From NCBI GenBank assembly GCA_947062475.1, contig CAMSQA010000001.1, forward strand, positions 815 to 64,814: a stretch of DNA of 64,000 nt. The letters are read 5' to 3'. The DNA is from an uncultured Clostridia bacterium. Lineage in GTDB: Bacteria; Bacillota; Clostridia; Christensenellales; UBA1242. The position numbers and the translations under genes are program-made. Below the pieces are notes generated by a model. That model saw only the letters and a list, made by a program, of their open reading frames with translations, made no database searches and had not been told where the DNA came from. Below, in pieces: positions 1-10,192 of this stretch. Position 1 is the stretch's first letter, and each line of letters begins with the position of its first letter.

Positions 1-45
1 AAAAAGCCATTTATTTTTTAAACGGCTTTTAATATTTAAAATTAA

Positions 46-336
46 TTATTTTTTATCGTTGTTTTGGGTAAGAATATAAGGATTGCTAGGTGGACATTGT
101 GGAGGCAATTCAACCAAAATAGTATCTGCACCTATTCTGACAACACAACCAAAAGGCAAAAAAAGTTGACTTGAATTTTTGAATATATTCCAGCCAGTCT
201 TTTCAGCGGGCAACATGAAACCAAGCACTCTTGCACAATTTAAATCAAAGACCAAATCAACAATATGTCCCAGCCTTCTTCCGTCCAGCACATTAACAAC
301 CTCTTTGCATCTCAACTCAATAAACGAACTTTCCAC
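46..336 (-). CDS. YlmC/YmxH-family PRC-barrel sporulation protein
   Basis: 96 aa. The N-terminal pattern ELRCKEVVNVLDGRRLGHIVDLVFD is typical of YlmC/YmxH PRC-barrel proteins. It lies directly downstream of sigG. Confidence 0.7.
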   Translation of the reverse strand: MESSFIELRCKEVVNVLDGRRLGHIVDLVFDLNCARVLGFMLPAEKTGWNIFKNSSQLFLPFGCVVRIGADTILVELPPQCPPSNPYILTQNNDKK

Positions 337-373
337 ATCTTACATTATGATAACGTTTTGCAAAAAATGACAA

Positions 374-1147
374 TTAAACCAAAAATTCTTTAATCACTTT
401 TAAAGCATTTTTTTCAAGTCGTGAAACCTGTGCCTGACTTATACCAATTTCTTCAGAAACCTCAGTTTGAGTCTTTCCTATATAATATCTCATTGTAAGA
501 ATTTCTCTCTCCCTATCAGACAGAGTCTTAATTGCATCTTTTATTGAAAGATTTTCAAAGATATTTTCATCGGTATTTTTTGTGTCAGCTATTTGATCCA
601 AAAGATGAATGGTATCACTGCCGTCGGTATAGACAGGATCACTGAGTGACAATGTATCACTTATGGCATCAAGAGCAAAAGTAACATTTTTAATAGGCAC
701 ATCAATTTTTTCAGCAATTTCATCAAGCGAAGGTTCATTAAAAGAATTTTTTGACAATTCTTCTTTTGCTTGAAGTGCTTTATACGCAATATCTCTAAGC
801 GAACGTGAAACTCTAACAGAATTATTGTCACGCAGATATCTTCTTATTTCACCTACAATCATAGGCACAGCATAGGTTGAAAACTTGACATTTAAATTGT
901 TGTCAAAATTGTCAATTGCTTTTAATAGACCCACGCAGCCCACTTGAAACATATCATCTGCCCTATTGCCCTTGCTGCAAAATCTATGCACAACTGAAAG
1001 CACCAATCTCAAATTGGCAACCACAAATCTTTCTCTAGCACTTTCATCGCCAAGCTTAACCTTAATCATAAGTTCTTCCATATCTCGTCCGCTAAGCTTT
1101 GGCAATTTTGCTGTATCAACGCCTGCAATACAAACTCTTGATGACAT
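374..1147 (-). CDS. sigG: RNA polymerase sporulation sigma factor SigG
   Basis: 257 aa and near-colinear with B. subtilis SigG as I recall it. Shared motifs: GVDTAKLP, NLRLVLSVVHRF, KFSTYAVPMIVGEIRRYLRDNNSVRVSRSLRDIAYKA, GISQAQVSRLEK. It follows sigE in the canonical order. Confidence 0.92.
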   Translation of the reverse strand: MSSRVCIAGVDTAKLPKLSGRDMEELMIKVKLGDESARERFVVANLRLVLSVVHRFCSKGNRADDMFQVGCVGLLKAIDNFDNNLNVKFSTYAVPMIVGEIRRYLRDNNSVRVSRSLRDIAYKALQAKEELSKNSFNEPSLDEIAEKIDVPIKNVTFALDAISDTLSLSDPVYTDGSDTIHLLDQIADTKNTDENIFENLSIKDAIKTLSDREREILTMRYYIGKTQTEVSEEIGISQAQVSRLEKNALKVIKEFLV

Positions 1148-1326
1148 ATTCCCTCCTAGATATTAAATATCTTCCGCAAGGGATAAAGTTTTTATTCAAA
1201 CATGACAAAAAAGGACAATATAAGCAAAAAATCACAAAATTTAGTCGTTTTAATGCAATTTTTAGTGAATTTTTGTTAAATTATCCAAATTCAACTTATT
1301 TAATTTGAAAATTTTTATTTCAGATT

Positions 1327-2058
1327 TTAGACGGAAAGCTGCTTTTCAAGTTGATTTTTCATATCAAAAAGAATCCTCTTCTCAAGTCTTGAAATATAGC
1401 TTTGACTTATTCCAAGTTTGATTGCAACCTCTCTTTGAGTCAACTCTTGTTGCCCCATAAGACCATATCGCAAAATCATAATTTCTCTTTCTCTGCTGTT
1501 TAATTTTGAAATCAATTCACCGATGATTTGTTTATCACCTGGCTCATCAACTGCAGTAACAATCAAATCATCATCGCTTGGTATTATATCGGCAAGCACC
1601 AGTTGATTTCCATCAAAATCTTCACTGAGTGGTTTATCTAAACTTAAATCATTCTTAATCTTGCTTGTTTTTCGTATTTGCATGAGAATTTCATTTTCAA
1701 TACATCTGGAAGCATAAGTTGCAAGTCTAATGTTTTTATCGGGTTTGAATGTTCTGACTGCCTTTATCAGACCTATCGCTCCAGTTGAAATCAAATCTTC
1801 ATAATCAATGCCAGTATTTTCAAATTTTCTAGCTATGTAAGCAACAAGTCTTAAATTATGTTCGATTAGTCTTTCGTTTGCCCTTACATCTCCAGTTTCT
1901 TTTAACTCCAGCAAACGCGACTCTTCATCACTTGAAAGCGGTGGTAAAAATTCTTCATTTCCACACACATAACACACGATATTTTTCGCAGATAATAGAT
2001 TATCTCTATGAAAGAGATTGTAAATAAATTTTCTTAATTTAAACAATAATGTTTGCAT
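1327..2058 (-). CDS. sigE: RNA polymerase sporulation sigma factor SigE (pro-sigma-E)
   Basis: 243 aa. Motifs: LPPPLSSDEE, IEHNLRLVAYIARKFENTGI, LATYASRCIENEILM, GISQSYISRLEKRI. It has an N-terminal pro-sequence and lies downstream of spoIIGA. Confidence 0.92.
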   Translation of the reverse strand: MQTLLFKLRKFIYNLFHRDNLLSAKNIVCYVCGNEEFLPPLSSDEESRLLELKETGDVRANERLIEHNLRLVAYIARKFENTGIDYEDLISTGAIGLIKAVRTFKPDKNIRLATYASRCIENEILMQIRKTSKIKNDLSLDKPLSEDFDGNQLVLADIIPSDDDLIVTAVDEPGDKQIIGELISKLNSREREIMILRYGLMGQQELTQREVAIKLGISQSYISRLEKRILFDMKNQLEKQLSV

Positions 2059-2142
2059 AATTACCTCTTAATTCATTAATTTTTTTTCAAAAAAGCCAAA
2101 AAATAGGCCAAGTTTATCGATTTTACACAATATTTAATATAA

Positions 2143-2952
2143 TTATGAAAAATCACAGTGCAATAAAACATTTTTTCCGAAGCTCTTTTCAAAACCTGAA
2201 AATGAAACACCAAGTGAAACATTTTTATACATGCGTTCATCACCTTCAACCTTCAGTTGATCTACCGTGAATATAAGAATGCTTGTCCCCTTACCAACAC
2301 TATTTATCTTTATGTAATGTCCGTTTTTGATAGAACTTGAATTAAATTCTTTAGTCACAAGCGAGACAAGTGAGATGTTGTCATAAAACTTGCGAAACAC
2401 ATCATATGTAATCAGCACAACTGGTTTTTTTGTGATAGTATCATAAAGCACATTCCCACTATCCAAATAACCCTCTTCTCTTATTACCTTGTCACCATCA
2501 ATAAAAGTCAGATTATAAGTAAACTTACTCATTCTTCTATGATGATTGACAAATTTGGTGATAATATTAACCAATGCAAATATCACAAGCGCTATGATTG
2601 CGACAATAAAGAGTGGAAAATTTCCAAAGGTTTGATTGACAACCTGGCATGCCCCTCCAAAAAGAAAAGTTGCTAGCATAAACAGTGACAGCGAGAGCAT
2701 AAATTCTTTCAAAGAGATATACTTAAATGAAATCAAAATCATAATGAAAGAAGTGCAAATCATAAGACAAATTTTAAGTAAAGGTTGAATATTCCAAATT
2801 GGCTCAATCAAAGCTAAAATAGCACCTATTATTCCGCTCAAAAAACTCAATCTTGTTTTTCGCCTCATTATGCGAGATACCATTTTTAAAATTAAAAGAT
2901 TTAAAAATATATTAATTGCAAGCGATTGTTCAATTACAATTTTCATATTCAC
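2143..2952 (-). CDS. spoIIGA: Sigma-E processing peptidase SpoIIGA
   Basis: 269 aa. The N-terminal half is polytopic membrane and the C-terminal domain carries an aspartic-protease-like LDSGN motif. It sits immediately upstream of sigE. Confidence 0.8.
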   Translation of the reverse strand: MNMKIVIEQSLAINIFLNLLILKMVSRIMRRKTRLSFLSGIIGAILALIEPIWNIQPLLKICLMICTSFIMILISFKYISLKEFMLSLSLFMLATFLFGGACQVVNQTFGNFPLFIVAIIALVIFALVNIITKFVNHHRRMSKFTYNLTFIDGDKVIREEGYLDSGNVLYDTITKKPVVLITYDVFRKFYDNISLVSLVTKEFNSSSIKNGHYIKINSVGKGTSILIFTVDQLKVEGDERMYKNVSLGVSFSGFEKSFGKNVLLHCDFS

Positions 2953-3012
2953 CCCGCAAAAGTGAGTTTATCATTTAGCAAAAAAATCACCAAATTAAAA
3001 ATTGGTGATAAT

Positions 3013-3019
3013 TGTCGAG
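3013..3019. promoter_or_regulatory. Spo0A-box-like heptamer (TGTCGAG, 6/7 to TGTCGAA) about 60 nt upstream of the spoIIGA start
   Basis: Sequence match only. On the gene strand it reads CTCGACA and overlaps a TCGACA -35-like hexamer. An 8-bp inverted repeat ATCACCAA/TTGGTGAT lies at about 2986-3009. Confidence 0.25.
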
Positions 3020-3134
3020 TTATTAATTATATTAAGGAAGATTAGATATGTGCTTTTATACATCTGTTTTTAATAAACATAAAAATTATATTTTTTTATA
3101 AAAACCCTTTTTCGTTTTATAAAATTTAATCATC

Positions 3135-3163
3135 AAAAAAAGAGGAAGTTTTCCTCTTTTTAA
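3135..3163 (-). terminator. Rho-independent terminator downstream of ftsZ
   Basis: AGAGGAA/TTCCTCT hairpin followed by a T-run on the minus strand. Confidence 0.6.
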
Positions 3164-4381
3164 TTAATTTTTATTTCTTCTAAGTTTTTCAATCCAAGGT
3201 GGAACGCTTGAGTTGTTTACTTCTACTCTTGAAGAACCAAGTTCATTTCTTTTCTCTAATGAAACATCTGGTTTTACAGGAGCTTGCGCTTCCTCTTCTC
3301 TTTCCTTTTTTACATAGCCTGAAAACAAGCTTCTTGCTGAAAATTCAGGACGGGTTTGCCCCATATTTCCTATTGAACGGGCGTTTGCAATTTCGTTTGC
3401 CTGTTTTTCCTCTTCTTTAGCTTTCAACTCGTTTGGATTTTGAAATCCAGTTGCAATCAAAGTAATTTCTACTTCGTCACGCATATTATCATCTAAGCTT
3501 GTTCCAAAAATAATATTGCAATTTTCATCAACTACTTCACGAACGAGTGCAGTTGCTTCACTGATATCATCTTGTGTAAGATCTCCACCACCTTTAACAT
3601 TGATAAGAATGCCTGTTGCACCTTCAATAGTAGTTTCAAGAAGTGGACTTGCGACAGCCTGTTTTACAGCTTCAAGTGCTTTGTTGTCACCAGTGCCATA
3701 ACCAATACCCATGTGTGCAAGACCTTTATCTCTCATGATTGTGCAAACATCGGCAAAGTCAAGGTTGATAAGTCCAGGGAAAACAATAAGATCAGATATT
3801 CCTTGCACACCCTGTCTCAAAACATCATCAGCAAATCTAAATGACTCAACAAGCGGAGTTTTCTTAGGAAGAATTTCTAATAATCTTTCGTTTGGAATTA
3901 CAACAAGAGCATCAACATACTTTCTAAGCTTTTCAAGACCTTCATCAGCATTTTTAAGTCTCACAGGTCCTTCAAAATTGAAAGGTTTTGTGATGACTGC
4001 AATTGTGAGAATGCCAAGTTCTTTCGCAATTTGGGCAATTACAGGTGCAGCACCTGTTCCAGTTCCACCACCCATACCAGCAGTGATGAAAACAAGGTTT
4101 GCATCTTTAAGCATCTCAGTAATAGAAGTTTTGCTTTCTTCTGCAGCTTTTTGTCCTGTTTCTGGTCTTGCACCAGCTCCACGACCACCAGTCAATCTCT
4201 CTCCAATTTGAAGTCTTGTTTCTGCCTTGCTTAGCAAAAGTGTTTGTTGATCTGTGTTGACTGCAATAAACTCAGCAACATTCACACCAGCATCAATCAT
4301 ACGGTTTACGGCATTATTTCCGCCACCACCAACACCGATTACTTTGATTTTTGTCGCTGAAGTGTTATAATTGTTTTCCAT
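3164..4381 (-). CDS. ftsZ: Cell division protein FtsZ
   Basis: 405 aa. Carries the tubulin signature [10 protein letters not shown] and [17 protein letters not shown], plus a conserved C-terminal peptide region. Confidence 0.97.
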   Translation of the reverse strand: MENNYNTSATKIKVIGVGGGGNNAVNRMIDAGVNVAEFIAVNTDQQTLLLSKAETRLQIGERLTGGRGAGARPETGQKAAEESKTSITEMLKDANLVFITAGMGGGTGTGAAPVIAQIAKELGILTIAVITKPFNFEGPVRLKNADEGLEKLRKYVDALVVIPNERLLEILPKKTPLVESFRFADDVLRQGVQGISDLIVFPGLINLDFADVCTIMRDKGLAHMGIGYGTGDNKALEAVKQAVASPLLETTIEGATGILINVKGGGDLTQDDISEATALVREVVDENCNIIFGTSLDDNMRDEVEITLIATGFQNPNELKAKEEEKQANEIANARSIGNMGQTRPEFSARSLFSGYVKKEREEEAQAPVKPDVSLEKRNELGSSRVEVNNSSVPPWIEKLRRNKN

Positions 4382-4702
4382 TTCTTTTCTCCTTGTTTTT
4401 GAGCCTGTCCGCCCTAAATTTAAAAATTAATTATGTAATTTTACCCTTATTTTATAGATTTTTAAAAGGGCTTCAATATTGGTCAAACTGTGAATTTTTA
4501 TCTTATCACAAAAAAATTGACACAATTTTTATTATTGTAATACAAAACGAAATAAAATGCAATACATTTTTTATATTTTTTTCAGAAAATGTATAAAATT
4601 TGTCGATTATACACGATTTATGAATAATTATACATTTATATTATAATCTCACAACTTTAAAAAGACAACTGATTTTATGAAATTTTTAAAAATTCGTCAA
4701 AT

Positions 4703-4709
4703 TTCGACA
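4703..4709 (-). promoter_or_regulatory. Perfect Spo0A-box heptamer (TGTCGAA on the minus strand) between ftsA and ftsZ
   Basis: The plus strand reads TTCGACA. A second near-match, TGTCGAT, lies at 4601-4607. Sequence match only. Confidence 0.2.
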
Positions 4710-4717
4710 TTCAACAT

Positions 4718-5845
4718 CTATTCACAGTCAAGAGCACTGTTTATTAGAGAATAAATCGAGGCAAGCTCGGTCTTTTCTTTTCCTGGAATATTAGGAATTC
4801 CATAGCTTACATTTCGACCCAAACATTTTGCAAGAAAATCTCTTCCACCTTTAATTTTGGCGATTCCACCGCCTGTCAGATATATTGGAAGATAACTTTC
4901 AAACTGAGTTGAATTCATCTGCAGACATTTAGATATCACTTCAGCTAATTCTTCAATTCGATAAGCAACAACTTCATTCGCAAAATTCAAACCTATCTTG
5001 GTCACCTTTCCCATGTCAGTGCTTAGTTCATAAAAATCATTTTGTCCGCCCTTAATTGAAAGCACTATCTGTTTTTTCAACCTATCCGCTTCTTTCATTG
5101 AAAGGTCAAAAGCTTCTGCAATATCATTTGTGATAAAACCACCGCCACGAGAAACTGAAGTGAGAGCACTGAGTCCATCACCTTTAATAAAAGCAATACT
5201 TGTTGAAAGATCTCCACCATCTACAAGCAGTGCAAAGTCTTCTCTTTTTTCTTTTGGAACGATAAATTGTGCTTGAGCAAGAGGCTCTGAAATATATTCA
5301 ACCATAGAGAAATTAAGGCCGCCTGCAATCGAATTGAAAAGCTCGATAAAATCTCTGTTGACGTAAATTATAGACAATTTCGCAGAAAGGGACACTCCGC
5401 TTTCACCAATGGGGTCAAGAGTTGAAAAATTATCGAGAGAAAATGACAGTGGACTGACTGAAACCACTTCCACTTCTCCACTTTTTGACTTTTCGCCAGC
5501 AAGATAGAAAAGTGAATCAATATCTGCCTTTTTCACCTTTCTTCTATTGCCAAAATTTATACTTTCATTTACGACAGCAACTGAAGAAAATTCTGCAGGC
5601 ACTCCTATATACATCTTATCAATTTTTTCATTTTGAAGGTCTAAATCATCAATAATTTCTTCAAACAAAGAAGGAAGTTTATCTTTATTTAAAAATTTGC
5701 CTTCATAGAAGCCATCATATTCGACCTCTTTAAAACCTTTTACTTTAAAAGTATTATTGATTCCTCGTCCTGCGACCATAGCTCGCAAAACAGAAGAACC
5801 AATATCGAAAGCTAAAACGAAATTTCCTTTCATAAATCCTCTCAA
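4718..5845 (-). CDS. ftsA: Cell division protein FtsA (actin-like ATPase), divergent
   Basis: 375 aa. Motifs: FDIGSS phosphate-1, VDGGDLSTS, LTGGGIAKIKG. It is located directly upstream of ftsZ. Confidence 0.8.
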   Translation of the reverse strand: MRGFMKGNFVLAFDIGSSVLRAMVAGRGINNTFKVKGFKEVEYDGFYEGKFLNKDKLPSLFEEIIDDLDLQNEKIDKMYIGVPAEFSSVAVVNESINFGNRRKVKKADIDSLFYLAGEKSKSGEVEVVSVSPLSFSLDNFSTLDPIGESGVSLSAKLSIIYVNRDFIELFNSIAGGLNFSMVEYISEPLAQAQFIVPKEKREDFALLVDGGDLSTSIAFIKGDGLSALTSVSRGGGFITNDIAEAFDLSMKEADRLKKQIVLSIKGGQNDFYELSTDMGKVTKIGLNFANEVVAYRIEELAEVISKCLQMNSTQFESYLPIYLTGGGIAKIKGGRDFLAKCLGRNVSYGIPNIPGKEKTELASIYSLINSALDCE

Positions 5846-5950
5846 ACGACTTTTCTTATGGTAAATTGAGGTCTTGAAATCACCTCAATTTGTTATATAA
5901 ATATAATATAATATATAAATTAACAAAAGTCAATAAATAAAATATTTAAT

Positions 5951-6955
5951 TTATAAATTATTATTTTCTTCTGGCTCAATCACTCTTGGCGGAAGTAGTT
6001 CAAGCCCCTTTTCTTCTGCATTATATTCAGTGATATCAAATTTGAAATAGCAGTCATAATAAACACCATTTTCAAATTCATTTAAATAGTTGTAATAGTT
6101 TGCTATGATAATAGTGCAAGATGAAAGATATTGGCTATTCAATTTTACATATATTCCATACTTGATTTTATTTTCAATCCTCTCGCCTATCTTGTATTCC
6201 TTGCCATCAAACTCAAACAATTGACTGAATAAATCAAGCATCAATTTTGCTTTATATTTCATAGAGCGATTGTCTGCATAAATCTTAAAAGTTTGTCCAG
6301 AAAAAAGTTTCACCTCGCTCACGGGTATTTCCTTTTTTAATTGCTGGTCATATTCTTCTGTCAAAGTTAACTTTTCTATTATTGATTGTTGCTCACCCAA
6401 ATATCTGTTGTTTTCATATAAAGCATCATACAACATAGGTTTTCTGATCTCAGAAATATATTCGCCCTCTTTATATTCTTTTAAAAGTCCATTTTCTTGA
6501 GTTTCAATCAAAATTGAATTTTCTTGAGTTGATAAAAAATCAGCTTTTATTTCAAGCACCCTTAATTCATTGTCACAAATATAAAAACATTCTTTTTCCT
6601 CATCCTCTTCTGAAACCTTTCCTTTGATTGCAAAAACTTTCTGTCTTTCAGCAATATGGACAACAAGTTTTGAAGGAAAAACAGTCTCAATGTTTATCAC
6701 CTTGATAAATGGGCAGGTATCTTCAATATTTTTTATATATTGTTTTTTATTTTGAAAGAAAATCGGCTTTCCCTTTTTAAATTTTCCGCCATTTATAATA
6801 TCTTCATTGCTGATAAGATTGGAAATGTTTTCAGAGCTTGTCCGATAGTCTATGCTTATAGACTTAAGTGAAAAGGCGGTAAAACAAAGGATGATAATCA
6901 AAACCACCAAAGCCACAATTGCACCAAGAATAAAATACCATTTTTTTATTTTCAA
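5951..6955 (-). CDS. FtsQ/DivIB-like cell division protein (single N-terminal TM plus POTRA-like region)
   Basis: 334 aa. It has an N-terminal TM helix and occupies the position between murA and ftsA. The sequence is only weakly FtsQ-like (VVHIAERQKVFAI). Confidence 0.5.
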   Translation of the reverse strand: MKIKKWYFILGAIVALVVLIIILCFTAFSLKSISIDYRTSSENISNLISNEDIINGGKFKKGKPIFFQNKKQYIKNIEDTCPFIKVINIETVFPSKLVVHIAERQKVFAIKGKVSEEDEEKECFYICDNELRVLEIKADFLSTQENSILIETQENGLLKEYKEGEYISEIRKPMLYDALYENNRYLGEQQSIIEKLTLTEEYDQQLKKEIPVSEVKLFSGQTFKIYADNRSMKYKAKLMLDLFSQLFEFDGKEYKIGERIENKIKYGIYVKLNSQYLSSCTIIIANYYNYLNEFENGVYYDCYFKFDITEYNAEEKGLELLPPRVIEPEENNNL

Positions 6956-7026
6956 ATTACCCTCTTTTGTTTTTTGCCTTTATGTCAATATTTTAAGCAT
7001 AAAATCGAATATAAGTTGATTTTTTT

Positions 7027-7033
7027 GTCGAAA
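7027..7033 (+). promoter_or_regulatory. Perfect Spo0A-box heptamer TGTCGAA upstream of the ftsQ-like gene
   Basis: Sequence match only. It lies about 70 nt upstream of the 6955 start, on the opposite strand. Confidence 0.2.
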
Positions 7034-7043
7034 TTTACCCAAT

Positions 7044-8315
7044 TTAGCAGCCTCTCTTATCAATTTCAAGCCTTTTTATGTCACATCCAAGATTTTTCAA
7101 CTTTTCTTCCATTTCATAATAGCCCCTGTCAATAAGTTTTATATTATCAATAGTAGTGTATCCCTCTGCTTTAAGCCCTGCAAGCACCAAACTTGCACCA
7201 CCTCGCAAATCTGGAGCAGTTACATCAGCACCATAAAGTTTTTCTCTTCCATTTATAATAGTGATGCCATTTCGTGATTTTATATCAGCACCCATCTTGA
7301 GCAGCTCTCCCACATGTTTGCTTCTTGCCTCAAAAAGATTTTCTATTATTAAACTATAACCTGCACTTACAGATGCAAGAGCAGTCATTTGTGCCTGCAA
7401 ATCGGTTGGGAAACCTGGATAAACAGAGGTTTCAATTTCGCCAAAACTTAAAGGCCTTGAATTGCTTACAATTTTAATAATATCATCTTTTGTATCTATT
7501 TTGCAACTAGTTTTCGACAATTTTGATAAAAGTGCACTATTATGACAGGCAATTGCATTTTTAAGCACAACTTCACCGCCACACATTGCGGTTGCAATGA
7601 GATAAGTGCCAGCCTCTATTCGATCTGGCATAGCCTTAAAAGATGTTCCATGAAGTTTTTGTCCACCTTTTATCACTATAATATTGCTGCCTGCACCAGA
7701 GACATCTCCACCACAGCTATTCAAAAAATCTTGCAAGTCGTTTATTTCTGGTTCTCTTGCTGGATTGAAAATTCTAGTCTCACCTTCAAGTGCAACCGCA
7801 AGCATCATAAGATTTTCAGTTGCTCCTACACTTGGAAATGACAACATTATATCACCCGCTTTCATTTTCTCAGCGAATGCATATATGTATCCATTTTTTT
7901 CAACTACCTTTGCTCCAAGTTCTTTTACACCTTTCAAGTGCAAATCAATTGGTCTCAGTCCGATATCGCAGCCACCAGGATAAGCTACTTTTGCACTTCC
8001 CATGCGTCCAAGAATAGGTCCAAGTGTAAAGATGGATGATCTGACTGATGACGACAACTCATTCGGCAAACAATTTTTATCAAGATTTGTGCAATCTATA
8101 TAAAGATCGTCTCCTTTCAGCTCGGCACTTCCTCCAAGATGTCTTATAATTTCACACATAACAAGCACATCGCTATATCGTGGCACTTTTTGAAGCTGCA
8201 CCTCTCCACTAACTAATATACAAGCTGCAATAATTGGCAAAAGAGAATTTTTTGCACAATCAATTTCAATTTCACCATTAAGTCGATTTCCACCGACAAT
8301 AAAAAAACCTTCCAT
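7044..8315 (-). CDS. murA: UDP-N-acetylglucosamine 1-carboxyvinyltransferase MurA
   Basis: 423 aa. EPSP-synthase-fold repeats and the active-site loop GGCDIGLRPIDLH containing the catalytic Cys. Confidence 0.95.
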   Translation of the reverse strand: MEGFFIVGGNRLNGEIEIDCAKNSLLPIIAACILVSGEVQLQKVPRYSDVLVMCEIIRHLGGSAELKGDDLYIDCTNLDKNCLPNELSSSVRSSIFTLGPILGRMGSAKVAYPGGCDIGLRPIDLHLKGVKELGAKVVEKNGYIYAFAEKMKAGDIMLSFPSVGATENLMMLAVALEGETRIFNPAREPEINDLQDFLNSCGGDVSGAGSNIIVIKGGQKLHGTSFKAMPDRIEAGTYLIATAMCGGEVVLKNAIACHNSALLSKLSKTSCKIDTKDDIIKIVSNSRPLSFGEIETSVYPGFPTDLQAQMTALASVSAGYSLIIENLFEARSKHVGELLKMGADIKSRNGITIINGREKLYGADVTAPDLRGGASLVLAGLKAEGYTTIDNIKLIDRGYYEMEEKLKNLGCDIKRLEIDKRGC

Positions 8316-8476
8316 AATATTATATATGAAGTAATTTATTTTAAGTGAAATTTTAAAGATAAAAAAACATAGATTATCAAAAAAAATTATTGACGTTTTA
8401 TTCTTTTTATTTTATAATGGAAATATATATTTAGAAAATTTAAATCATATATAATATTATTGAATTTATAATTATA

Positions 8477-8863
8477 TTGGAGGAAATTATGACACAAGAA
8501 AAAGTGACAAACATACTTTTACTTTTGAAAGACAAAATCCCAACTGACCAAATTGAAAACTTAAAAAACGCATTAGAATCTGCTGACGACAATATTTATG
8601 AAAGCATCACAATATACAGCAAACTTCACAATCCTATCATAACACTTGTGTTATCTCTGACGCTCGGCGCATTTGGTGTTGACAGATTTTATATTGGAGA
8701 TGTCGGAGTTGGTATTTGCAAACTTTTATTCGGATGGTTGACTTTTGGCATCTGGCCACTTGTTGACATATTCTATTCTTTTAAAAGAACAAAAGAAAAA
8801 AATTTAAAAACAATTCTATCTTGCCTTAACAACAATTCAAACAACACTTACTTTAATGTTTAA
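8477..8863 (+). CDS. TM2 domain-containing membrane protein
   Basis: 128 aa. TM2-type motif LGAFGVDRFYIGDVGVGICKLLFGWLTFGIWPLVD. Confidence 0.7.
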   Translation: MEEIMTQEKVTNILLLLKDKIPTDQIENLKNALESADDNIYESITIYSKLHNPIITLVLSLTLGAFGVDRFYIGDVGVGICKLLFGWLTFGIWPLVDIFYSFKRTKEKNLKTILSCLNNNSNNTYFNV

Positions 8864-8907
8864 TTTGATAAAATATATATTTGACAATTAAACATTAATT
8901 ATAAAAA

Positions 8908-8932
8908 ACTGCTTTATCTCAGCAGTTTTTTT
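8908..8932. terminator. Bidirectional rho-independent terminator (TM2 gene / ftsW)
   Basis: ACTGCT/AGCAGT hairpin flanked by an A-run and a T-run. Confidence 0.6.
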
Positions 8933-8983
8933 ACAGACTATTTTTGTTAAAGACTTGACTAAAATTAAACTTTTAAGTAAAAA

Positions 8984-10192
8984 TCATGATTTTTTAAGTT
9001 TTTTTTGCATTTTAAGCTCTTTTTTAACTGATTTTTCTTTAATTTTAATTATTTTATAACCTTCACCATAACTCTGTCTTAATACATTTAAACATATTCC
9101 AACGCCTGCCATAAATACCATAACTGAAGTTCCACCACTTGAAATAAAAGGTAAAGGCAAACCTGTTGGAGGTATCGAACCAGTCACAACAGCGACATTT
9201 AAAAGTGTTTGCACGGCAATTATAAAAGCGACTCCGCAAGAAAGCATTGCACCAAATCTATCTTTTGCATTAAGCCCTATTTTTATCAATTTATAGGAAA
9301 GACAGAAAAATATTGTCAGTAAAATTGTCGTCCCAAAAAATCCAATTTCCTCTCCTATGATTGATAAAATAAAATCTGATTCGGCAAAAGGTAAAAAAAG
9401 AAATTTTTGACGAGAGTTGAAAAGCCCGACACCAAAAAGACCACCATCACCAAGTGAATACAACGATTGTATAAGCTGAAATCCCTCTCCTTGTGGTGAA
9501 GCCCAAGGGTTTATAAAAGCCATAAGTCTCTTTAATCGATAGGGCTCTAAAACTATCAGCATAGGGACAAGTGCAGCTGCTGGCAAAGAAAACATCAAAG
9601 TGTGTTTTTTGCTCATTCCGCCAATAATAAGCATAAATAAAGTGACAAAAGCGATGCACATCGTCACACTCATACTTGGCTCAATCATTACAAGCACACA
9701 CATAGCCCCTCCAACGATTAAAACAGGAAGGAGACCTTTAAAAGTTTTGACTTTGTCATGATTATCAGACATATAAGATGCGACAAAAATGACAAGTGAG
9801 AATTTTGCTATTTCCGATGGTTGAATTGAAAATCCTAAAATTGAAACCCATCTCTTTGCCCCATAACTTTCCATACCAAGTCCAGGCACAAACACGAGAG
9901 CAAGCAATATAAATGTGGCAATCATGATCCACCACTTAAATTTTTTTAAAAGGTGATAATCAAAAAATGCAAAAAACAGCATTGCTACCGCACCCATTAC
10001 AACACCCATAATCTGCTTAAACAAAAAGAAATATTTATTCCCATAATGATATTGTGCACTATAAAAACTTGCACTATAAACCATTAGGCAACCAAAACTT
10101 GCAAGCAAAATAACCAAACTTGAAATAATAATAATGTCTTTAAGGCTACTCGAATGTCCTTTATGACATTTCAATTTGTTCAATTTCACCAA
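8984..10192 (-). CDS. ftsW: SEDS-family peptidoglycan polymerase FtsW/SpoVE
   Basis: 402 aa and polytopic. SEDS motifs QPSEIAKF, LEPSMS-like and SSGGTS. It lies downstream of murD and its 5' end overlaps murD by 32 nt, so the true start may be internal. Confidence 0.9.
   Translation of the reverse strand: MVKLNKLKCHKGHSSSLKDIIIISSLVILLASFGCLMVYSASFYSAQYHYGNKYFFLFKQIMGVVMGAVAMLFFAFFDYHLLKKFKWWIMIATFILLALVFVPGLGMESYGAKRWVSILGFSIQPSEIAKFSLVIFVASYMSDNHDKVKTFKGLLPVLIVGGAMCVLVMIEPSMSVTMCIAFVTLFMLIIGGMSKKHTLMFSLPAAALVPMLIVLEPYRLKRLMAFINPWASPQGEGFQLIQSLYSLGDGGLFGVGLFNSRQKFLFLPFAESDFILSIIGEEIGFFGTTILLTIFFCLSYKLIKIGLNAKDRFGAMLSCGVAFIIAVQTLLNVAVVTGSIPPTGLPLPFISSGGTSVMVFMAGVGICLNVLRQSYGEGYKIIKIKEKSVKKELKMQKKLKKS

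Noticed and set aside
3199-4234. Several plus-strand ORFs (3199-3420, 3516-3701, 3572-3844, 3711-4211, 4031-4234) inside ftsZ.
   Set aside because: These are antisense shadow ORFs of a highly conserved gene. Their products are low-complexity Ser/Pro/Leu-rich, and they lack RBSs.
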